From positions 10,210,146-10,274,145 of the forward strand of contig CAJINV010000002.1 in the NCBI GenBank assembly GCA_905178155.1: a DNA stretch of 64,000 nucleotides, written 5' to 3'. A program made the translations under genes and the position numbers. This DNA comes from Amoebophrya sp. A120. Its lineage: Eukaryota; Protista; Dinoflagellata. Of this stretch, positions 24,434 through 35,700 are shown piece by piece (within the stretch, counting starts at the first letter, position 1; every line of letters starts with the position of its first letter). The notes beneath the pieces were generated by a model, which was not told the DNA's origin, made no database searches, and saw only the letters and a list, made by a program, of their open reading frames with translations.

Positions 24434-26083
24434 CTACAGAAAGGATGCATTCGGGTCTAGTTGCAGCGCGTGTTGGAGGCTCAAAGCAGCTTCTTTCATC
24501 CCTTTTTTCGATTCCTCGACCTGTGTGAAAAAATCTTCGGCTTCAACGTCTGGACGCCGGTACCTATTTCTGTACTCGTCTAGGGGAGCAAGATCTGCGT
24601 CTTCGCTAAGTTTTTCTTTCGAAACCGTGCGACTTTCGAGCGCCTTTTGAATTTCCATTTGGGCGTGCTCTAGGTTGCCGCGATTCTCAGTTGTGAAGGT
24701 ACGCATTTCTGCCAGAGCGCGCTGCAGTACTTCGGCGTTGTGGTTCTTCGCGACCTCGTATCAACATGAAAAGCGTCCTCATCCTGGATCCAATCAAAGT
24801 TTGCGTGGCTGATATTAATGCATCAAGGGTCTGCGTTCATGTCTTAATTTGCAATGCTTCGCAGGGCAATAAACAGGTTGTCACCCGGAGCCGCGCCCTG
24901 CGGGGCTTTTGCTAAAAAACGCCTAAAAATTTTACGGGTCGCGCCAAAAGCCGGGACCCAGGCAGCCGGATCACCACATGGCGAGAGCGGCCACAAAGTT
25001 GGCCTCAGGGCGCGCCTACCCGCCCGGGGGTCGGCATCGAAGCAGAACGACGGCCGCTATCCGGCAAAGGCCAAGCGGGCAGGCACGCCCGCCCCGGACA
25101 AAGAGGTGGGCGCGGCACCGGACACAATTAGCGAAATCCGCGGCCGCCTTGAAGGGGGAAAAGGCAACACACCCCGCCAAGGGTCAGGGCGGTGTTCCGG
25201 GGCGTGGTCCACGCGAACGCGCCATCCTTCACCCGGGCCTCGCGAAATTAAGAGTCGGGGAAAAATAAGACGGCGCCAAGGAGCCGGGCCGCGGGCCCTT
25301 GAGGCCGCCTATTCGCCCCACTATCGGCGGGCTTATTTTCACGGCCCGAAAGTTGGCGGGCGCCTTTTTTGCGATTTCGTGTGCGATTTCAGTGTGCAAA
25401 AAAATAAAAGAAAAAATAAGCAAAAAAATAAGACCCCCCGGCCCGTGGCCGGGCGCGCAATAGGTGGGGGAATAAGAGAAAAAATAAGCGTTATTTTAGG
25501 CGAAAAAAATAAAAGAAAAAAATAAGACTTAAAAATAAGAAACAAAAGTAAGACCAAAAAGTAAGACCAAAAAATAAAACCAAAAAGTAAGACCAAAAAG
25601 TAAGACCAAAAAATAAGACCAAAAAGTAAGACCGAAAAGTAAGACCAAAAAGTAAGACCAAAAAGTAAGACGCAAAAACGGGCCAAAAAAATAAGAGCTT
25701 GGGCGCGGCCCTTAATTAGAGCGCAGCAAAGGTCTCGCGCACAAGGATGACACCCCGCCAGCTTTCTCCCAATTCCGGAAGTGCCTCAGGTGGGCGGCCG
25801 CAATGCAGCAGAGACCCGCGAAGAGCAAAAGGGGGCGAAGCCAGAAGCGAAAGCCTGTGCCGGAAAGGGCGAAGGCCATAAATTTTTTAGGCTTTAAATA
25901 GGGCCGCCACCGCAAGGCGCGGCGCAGGGTGAAGGTTGTTTCTTATTTTGGTATCATGCTTCATCTACCTGGGGAGGACTTCTCTTTTCAGGATGGTAAC
26001 TCGTATGCGGCTAGGTGCTGATCCAGACTCTTCGCTGCTTCTTCCACGACGACGCGCGCAGACGACGCAAGAGAGGTGCTCAT
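24434..26083 (-). CDS. Hypothetical ~134-aa helical protein split by a 1245-nt non-canonical intron
   Basis: MSTSLASSARVVVEEAAKSLDQHLAAYE joins in frame to (V/F)AKNHNAEVLQRALAEMRTFTTENR... once 24759-25998 plus 5 bp is removed. Confidence 0.7.
24759..25998. mobile_element. 1240-bp introner-like element with GC-rich cargo and a tandem array; TSD CCTCG/ACTCG
   Basis: Left end TATCAACATGAAAAGCGTCCTC; reverse complement of right end TACCATCCTGAAAAGAGAAGTCCTC; 4/5 TSD; removal restores the host frame. Confidence 0.75.
25517..25671. repeat. Tandem repeat, 13-bp unit AAAAAGTAAGACC, about 12 copies
   Basis: Directly visible array. Confidence 0.9.
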
Positions 26084-26567
26084 CTTGTCTTCGTTCTTCT
26101 ATTTTCACTCGTTAAATGTTTTTTCAAACTTCATCATTACGGCTAGACAAGAAAATGACTTGAGTCAAAAGCAAGGCTGCGCTAATGAGGCGTAAAAACA
26201 AATCCACCGCTGCGAACGAGACTTCCATCTTGTAGCGTAGGAGTTGCATGCGGGGCGAGAACGAGAAATTCAACTGCTCATGATTTCTGTGATGCCCTTG
26301 ATCACACGAGCGACCACAAATACTCTCACGGTGCCCTCCTCACGATCTGCTCTCTCCATCCGGTACATTCATATGCAAAAAAAAAAACGACTGCACGAAC
26401 ATCAACACCACGGCGGGAACAGAAGTCTTTAATGCTTGCGACTATCTCTTTTTGTTGCGATCATATTAGGTGGCGCACCTGCACTTGCATTCTTTCAGTC
26501 TGCATTATGATGAAATGGAAACGATATAAGAAAGCTGTCGCGTAACAAGTGAAGTAGAAGTTTTGGT

Positions 26568-28736
26568 TCATTTTTTCTGTCGTTTTTGTTCGTGGGCAAG
26601 GCCTCCATCCCCGTTTTTCAGATACTTTTCCCACTTCTTGTGATTTAAGAACTTGAAGCTGGGCAGGTCCTTGATCTTCAGCAGGTAGTCTTTCAGTTTC
26701 AGCAGCTCAGTGTCGGTCCTCCCGTCTGTGAGTGCGTTCTTGAAGGGCCGGATCTTGAGTCCTTGCTGGGGGTTCAGCAGAAAATTCCGGCCCAAATCGT
26801 CAAACATGATCGTGTTCTCGGGATTGAAGTTTGCGCCGTAGTTCATCTGCTTGGCGTAGCGCCAAATCACCTCCAAAGGCTTGACTTTCACCACCGTTTG
26901 CTTTTTCGCGGACCAGGTGCTGATCATGGCCCGCGCGTCGAGCACGATGCAAAGGTTGAACGCGGTCGCTGGGGCGGCCAGAATTTCCAGCTGCTGCAGC
27001 TTCAAATCGATCCACTGCTTCCCGGTCGCGGACCAGATATGCTACGGAAAAACTACGCCATCAACTCCCTACGTGGTCTCAAGGTGCTAATATAATCATG
27101 TGAGTATTGAGCAAAATCTTATACAAAATTGTTCCAGCATAATTGCCTCGGTCTTTCTTATAGTTCTTTACTCCCTCACACTTACTTCACGCATTGAGAT
27201 GAAGAAATAGGCGACTCATTTCCGTTGGATACCAAATGCCAATGTCGTAATGCGGGTACACGGCGGTGAGGAACTCCATGAGGTACGGTCGGCGAAGCTG
27301 CAGCGCACTTTCTGCCGGGGTGCGGTGGTCGAAAAAGGTGTAGTCAATGTCGAGCATGAGCAGCTTCTTCCCCGGCCGCGGCGGGTTCACGATTTCGATG
27401 TAGTCCTTGCCGCGCGCCACGCGCTTGGCAATCTTGGCGTCGTCGGTTTCTGACAACACCGGTTGAAACACCGTGGACGAGCTGTAGTTGTTATTTGCCT
27501 CGTCGTCAAAGTCGTCGTCCTCGAAATCGTCCAGCGTGTCGGGGTATGCAGCGGGCAAGAGTACTCATACGTATTGACGATACGCGTTTTTGATAGGATC
27601 ATACGCACGACATCGGAAGACTTGTTCTCCGCTTTCAGAATCACAAGGCCACGAGACAGATTTAGAAATAGTGAAGTAGAGTAGAACGCTGTAAATATTA
27701 AACGATGTCTCATCTCTGGCTGGCAAGCTTCCTTCGTGGTGCAAAAAGACCACGACTCAAAACCGCATATGATCGTCGTGCCAAGGACTTTTGCGCAGGA
27801 TACGGTGGAACTGGCCAGGTCGTTAAACACGTCCATCATGGCATTGATCTCTGTTTCCGGCGACCCTAGAAGCATGACCGGAGAGCTCGGGTTTAGGATC
27901 TTCGCCCCCGCTGCAGTTTCTCCTCCTGGTGTTCCATCGGTTTTCATCTCTTCTTTCGGAACCAAGCTGAGGAAGTAGACCGCCAGTGATAGCGGTTTCT
28001 TCCGTGGACCGCTTTGCAGGGAGGCCGCCGGTTCGAGCTCCTCCTCCTTGATCGTTTTACCCTTGTACACGAGTTTCTGGCGGTGCGGCAGAATCTCGGT
28101 GAGGGAAAAGTATTACAGTGAAAAATGCCCCCCACCCCTGAAATTGCAAAAATTTGTGATGCGAAGTTTCCAAATGAAAACTTTTTGTCATGCATGAAAG
28201 GAGTATGAATCTTTCTGTTGCAGAGTCTAGGCGTGTATCGCATCGCTTGCATGACAAGCGCCGCTTTTGCTGGGGTCTTTTGCAAGACAAATTCTTGCTA
28301 TTCACGATTGGAAACTTGTGATGCTGATAGATGCAAGAGGGCGAAGGAATGTTTCATTTGGAAAGGTTTGCAATACAACTGCTCCCAAGTTCGGGGGTGG
28401 GGGCATTTTTCCTTTTGATAAAAAGAGCTCGTGCTTCAGCTCCTCCACCATGTAAACATGGAGGTCGTGCCCGATTTCGATGTCATAGACCTCTTTTTTC
28501 CATTTTACCTGCAGGATGAAGCTCTGCTGCTGTTTCTGCTGGGTTGAAACATCGGGATCTGATGTCGGCGCTCCAGTAGAGAGATCAATTTTATTTCCCT
28601 CCACTATCTGGGCGGGCGTAGGCTCGCTCGAGGACACGGACATTTCCTTGGAATCTTTTGTTACGTCGGCTGCTCGCGGGAGCTCGGCTGCAGCGGGTTG
28701 CGTCACTTCGGCCTGGTCCGTTGGCAGCATCGGCAT
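26568..28736 (-). CDS. UBLCP1: Ubiquitin-like domain-containing CTD phosphatase 1
   Basis: UBL segment (LQVKWKKEVYDI...ELFSLTEILPHRQKLVYKG) plus FCP/HAD motifs LDIDYTFFDHR, RPYLMEFL, YDIGIWSAT and NTIMFDDLGRNFLLNPQQGLKIRPFK; three non-canonical introns. Confidence 0.92.
27038..27231. mobile_element. Introner-like element, 194 bp, TSD CCAGA/CCAAA
   Basis: Ends TATGCTACGGAAAAA and (rc) TATCCAACGGAAATG; removal with 5 bp rebuilds the conserved DIGIWSATG. Confidence 0.8.
28111..28420. mobile_element. Introner-like element, 310 bp (family D), TSD AAAAG
   Basis: TATTACAGTGAAAAATGCCCCC... and (rc) TATCAAAAGGAAAAATGCCCCC...; perfect TSD; removal gives ELFSLTEILP. Confidence 0.9.
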
Positions 28737-29712
28737 GATGAGTTCTCTGTGACAACTTTGGAAATGCAGGTGCTTTTTACGATACTTTCCTTTTCTTCAT
28801 CCTGCAAAAATCACAAAAAACCTCAGGGCCGGTGTCGCTGCTGGGATCACAATGTGTCGCCGTAGGCCTACTAGGACCGAAAGGTAGAGGAGCAATCGCG
28901 ACGTAGATAGCTGCCCTACGTTCTTCATCTTCTATTTTGGTCAAGTGAAGAATAAGAACGTAGCTCTGGCACAACGGGATCGGATCCTCTTCGGTTTGCA
29001 AACACGAACATAGCAGCTTTGCGAACAGGAACAAGTGTCTCTCGCGCGTGAGCAAATGCCTGCAATAAAAGCAGAGTCACTGACTGCACTACTTTTTTAA
29101 ACCAAATTCGTATAAAATTCACACTTTTGTTCAACGGGGCGGTCAATGACCAATTTTTGGTTAAAAGGCTTTTCAAAACAGCGGCTTTTGCTTGTGCTCA
29201 TCTTTACCACAATGGGTGCTCTATGTATTCGGCTTTCTCTGGAACGAGAGAATGCGCGGCGATCGGACTAAAGTAAATTACTGTCTCGGTTTTCCTACTT
29301 TTCATATTTCACTTAAACGTAGAATTGCGTCGGCACCCTACAGCGTCAAAATTCAGCGGAGAGAAAAGCTTATCTTCATATTTGTGGCTGCAAAACGACA
29401 AGCTCCGGATCTGGCAATCATATGCATATGCGGTTGGGGCATTTAAAAGTGAAAGAACAAGCTAAAGCTATGAACATCAAAGCAGACTATCATTTGTAGA
29501 GGGGGCATTGTCCCGGGACCATCAAGAGTTCGCAAAATTTCGAATAACATGAGTGAATGTGTAGTCGGCGCATGGGTGTAAGTAGACGTACAGAAGTCGA
29601 TATCCAGAAAGAGAAACCGCGGCGAGTAGACATAAAGTATCAATCGAATCTGCAATCGTAGTCGACGCAGCATGTTGTGCGACAAAAAAGGTTCATTTGG
29701 TTTGTGAATAAA

Positions 29713-32700
29713 TCATTCGTCTTTACGCCTCGTGGCTGTGCGGCGGACGAAAGAGATGTGTCCACGCGTTATCAAATGTAAAAATGTCTGGGTCTGGAAG
29801 AGTGTTATACTGTTTTTGCATGACACAGAATGTCTGTCATGGAAGCCCTAGCATCACAGATCTTTAGAGGCCTTCCTGATACCTATTCCGCATGACAAAT
29901 GCCCTCCACGAGTAGCACAAACCGGACTCCTTTTGCTGGTCATGCAATACAGAATTTTTTAGAGTCCAAAGTTAGCATCACATCGTCGATCGATTGTGCC
30001 ACTAGGGCCTTGTGTTCCGGCTACTCCGGATCGCAATCGATGGAGGGCGGGACCTGCACCGGCGACAGGCGCCACCCAACCAACCAACCAACCACAAGTT
30101 CCAACCTTCCAGACCCAGACACTTTTGCAATCCATACGCGTGTCCCCGATCGCCAGGACCGTTTCCATCGCGTTCACAGCCAGGCACAGGGCGTAGCTGT
30201 CTACCTTACTCGGAAGCGCATCCGGGACGTTATCGTGCACTCCAGCTCCTTCGTGTAGCTCGTCCCTTGTTGCAGGCTCCTCCTCTACTGGCGTGCATGC
30301 TGCCGTCGTCAGACAAGCAGGGGAGAGTACTATTGTAGTTGTGGTCTTCTGTTCATCTTCACCCAATAATTTGTTTCGGCTGCTGATGTTGTAATTTTGC
30401 CCTTCCTTCCCTTTCGAAAAATGATCATTCGCGTGTTGAGTCGTGAATCCTTCATCGGTGCATTGTTCCGCCGGCGCGTTCGCCCTACTCACGATCTCTC
30501 CGTCATCATCAACCGGCGAGAGCAGACGTTCTTGCGGCGAGGGACGCTGCACGACCTTCGCCTCCATCGAGCTGGAGGTGCTTCTACTGCTGCAGCTTAG
30601 ACTTTCGCGCGCGTCATCGCGGTGACCAGTCGGTACACTGTCTTCTGTGCGGCGTCGCGCTGGTGATCTTTCGTCGTGTTCTCGTTCCTGATTGTCGACG
30701 GCGGAACTTTTCTCATACGCAAGCAACCGGGTCGCTGAGGAAGCAGCGGCAGCACCAGACAAGCCATTATTGTTTTGGTGACATAACTGGGTCGCAGAAG
30801 ACGACTTGTTTTGCTCATGTAGCACCATCGCACTTTTTTTCCCTGCTACCACAGACGAAGGCTCGTCCTCATTTTTAGCGCAAAGATTACTGTTATCAAA
30901 TGTAAAAATGTCTGGGTCTGGAAGGGTTGGAACTTGTGATGCAAACTCTGGAACACACAAAAATTTGTGTTGCATGAGCGCCAAAAGCTGTCCACTTCTT
31001 GGCACGCAAGTAGGAAGTTTCTCATGCGGGAGAGGCATCATGAGGCGTGCTCAAAACCTGTGATGCTTTTGCCTGCATCAGACGCCATTTTTTTGCGTGA
31101 TCCGAAATATGCATGAGAAATCTCGCAATCTTCCAGACCCAGACATTTTTACATTTGATAACTGTGCACATCGGACGACCCCATCGTCAAGTCGTGCACG
31201 ACCACCGTGCCCGTGTGCTCCTCCGTGCCTGTGACGGCGAAGTACTCGCAACAAAACGTGCTCATCAGGGGGAGGTACTGGTTGGGAGTGACGATTGTGT
31301 AGAGCAAATTAAGCATCAGTAGGGTATTGTGCTTGAACACCAATTCGATAATGCCCACTGCGTCCACACCGAGCGCGTTCACCAAGCAGAGCTGGGAAAA
31401 GGCCGCGGTGTTGTAGCTGCCCATATTACAACCTCCGCCCATCGCTGTCGCGAAAGAACTGGCGTTCGCGCTCGTCAAGCCGCCTGTTGCAGCGGTTGCG
31501 TTTATCGACGCTGCGGAGGCGTACGTAGCCGAGCCGTTTGTATTCCCAGCCGCGGCCGAGGATGCGACTGCGCTCTTCCGCGGCTGCAGGCTCAGACTGG
31601 TGATGGGGTTTTTCGCACCCGCATACTGCAGGGTAGACAGCAGCGGCCTCAGACGGATTTTGCTTGTCGTGATCGAAGTCGCCGTTGCAAAGGTGCGACC
31701 ACGCGCCGGACTGGAAATGCAGCTTGTAGCGTAGTGATTTCCCTTGCTCGAAATGCTCCTGGTTGCAGCTGCCGACCCGGATCGCTGCACGTTCGTAGTA
31801 TGTGCTCTACTGCTACTCGTCGTGGAATTCACCTTACTTGCCGTGGGCGTTGCGGCGGAGGAGGCCGCTGGGCCGCCCGTGCCTATGCCACTGGCTTCCC
31901 ACGCTTCCACTACGTAGATGCACCCGTTTCCGGCGCCGCAGAGGCCAAACCTGCCCGTCTCATCAAACGCCAGGCATCGGATCTCGGCATCCATCTTCAG
32001 TTTCTGAGCCACCTTGTGGTCCTTCGTGGTGATCAATCGCAGCGCTGGCGCGGTGGTGGCGTAGATAAGGTAGCGAGCAGAAGTCGCAGTAGACACGACT
32101 GGGGCTCCTGACAAAGAAGGATTACTGTAGAAATTTACAATGGGCTCAATGTAACAGGCGCAGCTGATGGCGTGCTTGTCCTCGTAGCAAACCAGCAGTT
32201 CCCCCGTTTCGACGTCCCACAACTTTGCTTCGCCGGACAGTGAAGCGGAAAACAGCTGCAGCTTCGGAAAACTGGTACTCGTCTTCGAGGCATGAGGATC
32301 CTGCCTCTGCTCGATACTATTATTTCTTCTCTGGCCGGCCCTTTTTCGACCGCTCCTTCCGGAGACCAGGGACTGTTGTTGCGAGACTGTTGATGCAGGT
32401 GAAGATTCTTGGTAGAGCAAACACAAAGCTGTCACAAGCTGCCCCGCAGTGTGGCCTTGCCACTGCCGTACGAGCGAGGGCCTCATTGCATCCTTGTTTA
32501 TTTCCGCGGTTCTTCCACCGACTTCGGTTGAGCTCACCGACCCTTTTGCTTCGCTGTCCGCCTCAGTATCGCTCCCGCCTGGCGCCCCGTCCGAGATGTC
32601 ACCTGCACCACCAGATCGTTCCTCATCTTGCCCACTGGCTTCAGAAGTTCGCAAGATCTTCTGCTGCTTTCGCTCCAGCTCCGTCCAGGGCAGGTGATAG

Positions 32701-35700
32701 ATAAACAGCTCTCCCTGATCGTTGGCCGCCGCGAGCACGGTTTTTCCTGTTTCCATTCGGTTTCGTTCCCCGTTCATCTTGTTCAACCCCTTCAATCTCT
32801 GCTGCTCATCTCGTCGCTCGTTTTCCCCGCTCCTGTTTCGCGATGCAGGCGCGAAAGAAGAGCAACTGTGGAGAGGTCCGTATTCATTCGTTTTCATTTC
32901 CGGCTGGAAGCACAGCAGTACCAAGGGGTGAGTTCCAGTTTCTTCTTCCGCTTTGATCGCGTAGTCCGCTCCCACGTTCGCCAGGTGCTTGCTCTTTCGC
33001 TCCCGAATGTCCAAAACCCTCGGGGACACGTTGTATTCCTCAAGCGAAGGCTTCAGAAACTGCCGCTGTTCCATCTCTATCCAGGTGCGCCGGTACTGTC
33101 GTAGTGTTTGCTGCTGCTGCTGCTGCTGTCGAAAGGAACCTACACCAAGCGCGGTTAACGATGAGGAGAAACCTACGTTTTCAAGGTCCGGTGAGCTGCT
33201 CGAGAAGTCTTTCTCGGCAGGAACACTTCTACGACCAGGTGGACTGTTGAAATTTTCGAAGCTTCTCCTCCTGCTTTCAGTCTCGCCGCTTGTTTTGCTG
33301 GGATGAGCACCCGGTTTGTTTGGTGGCATCGCAACAAGTTGTCCATCCGCTGGCCCGGTGTCGGACACAGGCGTGGTCATCGGCACCGCAGCTGGGGCGT
33401 CTTCCGCAACGGAGAAAGTTGACGATTTGCTAGGCACCTGCGAGTGCCCCATACCATGCGGACGCATTGCAGGCATTGTAGGGGAGGATGAAGAGGAAGT
33501 GCTATTGCTTGCGGCCTCGCGAAGATACTGACGCGCAGGAGAACCGCCCGTGCCATTTTTGGCCGCTGCTCGGCCGGCATAGTCATCGACTCCATTCGCG
33601 TCTGCAACAGGTTCCTCGTGAAAAAAGTCGAAGTCCCTGGTCAGCATGCGGAACGCCTCTGCTAGACTGGTCGCTTCCACACTGAGACAGCCCAACGCCG
33701 CGGCCTTGGACTTTGCTTCGAACAGGTTGACGCAGCTTTTTCTTCGGATTTTCTTGGAAAAGGAATTATTGTTCTGACCGCTAGTACATAGATGTCCTCC
33801 CGCCTCCCCCCGATGGTTCGAGTCCACGAAGCCCTCCAGGTTTCCAAACAAGAGCCCGTGGCACTTTTTCTGTTTCGCCAACTCCAGTCTCTCCAGTGCG
33901 GTGTCTAAACTTTGCTGGTTTTCAAAGTCATAGTATTCTATGTAAAAACGTCCCCACCCCATAGTCAAGATGGGGTCTCGGCTAGACAAATCCACAAGCT
34001 TTGGCTGTTTTGCATGACAGATCTCAGCTTGTAGTGTAGTGCTGTTTGAGCTATTTCGGCAGCATCACAGATCTAGTGCATCATGCTGATTGGAGCATGG
34101 CAAATTCCAAAACACGACTGGAAAACCCTTCTCATGGGGCTCCGCATGAGAAACATTTTCAGCATGCAGACCTGCATGACAACTCTGGGGTGGGGACGTT
34201 TTTACACAGGATACATAGATGGCGATCACGTACTGGCAGTGGCTCATCTTCGTATCGAGCTCCTGCAAGCTGCAGTCCAGGACGCGCAAATACTTGGCTT
34301 TATGCTGCTGCTGCTTCGAAGGCGAAGACGTGGCGGCCGCGGAAGAGGAAGTACTATTGAAGCCTAAGTTTGCGCTGTTCGTAATTTTGCTTGACGAGAA
34401 GGTCCCGCCGCCCACCAGCGTGTTTATGTTTGTCTCGGGCACGGCAATTTCGTAGTAGCAGGAGTCTGCGTGGTCGCCGATGAAGTTGCAATTGCGTCTT
34501 CGACTGGATGAGGAAACGATTGGCTGCTGAATGACTTTTCGTTTCGTCCCGTTCACTCTACTCCGGCTGGACGAGGCCGATTGCTTGATGTTGCTGTTCA
34601 TCCCATTGTTCAACATTTTGCCCCCGGCGCGATTTTTATTGACATTGTGGTGTGTGGACGAGGGGCCGCTGGTTGCCATCTGCATTTTCTCTTCGATCCT
34701 CTGTCGGTTGTACTGGAAAAGCGCATACTGGTCTGGCGCCAGGTCTCGAATGCACCGCTCAAGCAGCGCCAGTTTCCCGACGTTTTCGCCGACAATGAGC
34801 ACATCCAACATCGCATCCGGCTTCAACAGGTTCTTCACGCTGCTGCGCATCGTCATCTGCGGACTTCGAGCGAAATTCGTAGTACCAGGGCAGGAATTTC
34901 CATCTTGGTCCTCAGTGGTCGCAAGTTGATCTTGCGCCGCATGGCGCGGTGTGCCGCGGACGTATTCGAAGTTATTTTCCTCCACGTCTTCGACACCAGC
35001 CTCAAGTGCAGGAACATCTTCCTCGACAGCTCTTATTCCTCCAGCTTTACGATGACAATTATCCGATTCTTCTTTATCGCCTTTAGCACCGTCGGGTCCA
35101 CCGCGCTCGAGCGACACAAGATGTTTCACCTCGGGGTATCTTTCCAGCGACTGCAAGACCGCGTTGCGCAGCAGCTTACACTGGAACGCGTCCAGCTTGA
35201 GCTGCATCTGGTGGAAGTTCTCCACCTGGGCCTGGAATTTCGCGACGGCGCGGTTCTTCTCCGTTTCCATCTGCAGCTTCAAGAGCGTTTGCTCCTTTTC
35301 CGTCCGCTGCGCCTCCAGGAGCTGCTTGTCCTTTTCCTTCATTTTCTCGTCCGCGGTCCGCACGCCTTCCAATAATCTTTCCTTCTCGGCCAGCCATTCC
35401 TGTTGCTTCACCTGCATCTCCAGGTGCACGACCTCCGCTTTCTCCTGCGCAATGGTCGCGTTCTTCGTGGCCTCCTCGAGCTGCTGCATGTAGTTCTCCT
35501 CTAAACGTCTCGTCGTTTCCTCCTCCTTCTGTTTTACCGCCCGCTCCATCTCCTGCTCCAAATTCCGAACCGCTTCCTCGGAGCCGAGCAGCGTCTGCTT
35601 GAGCTCTTCGATGGATATTTCCTTCGCTTTCAGCTCCTGATCAAATTTATGCTGCTGCTGCAGTTGTTCGGTTTCGTGTTTCTCTTTCAAATCGTGCACG

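Noticed and set aside
24854-25686. 223-aa and 115-aa ORFs as a transposase or membrane protein
   Set aside because: Low-complexity products of GC-rich DNA and the 13-bp repeat; no DDE or other motif
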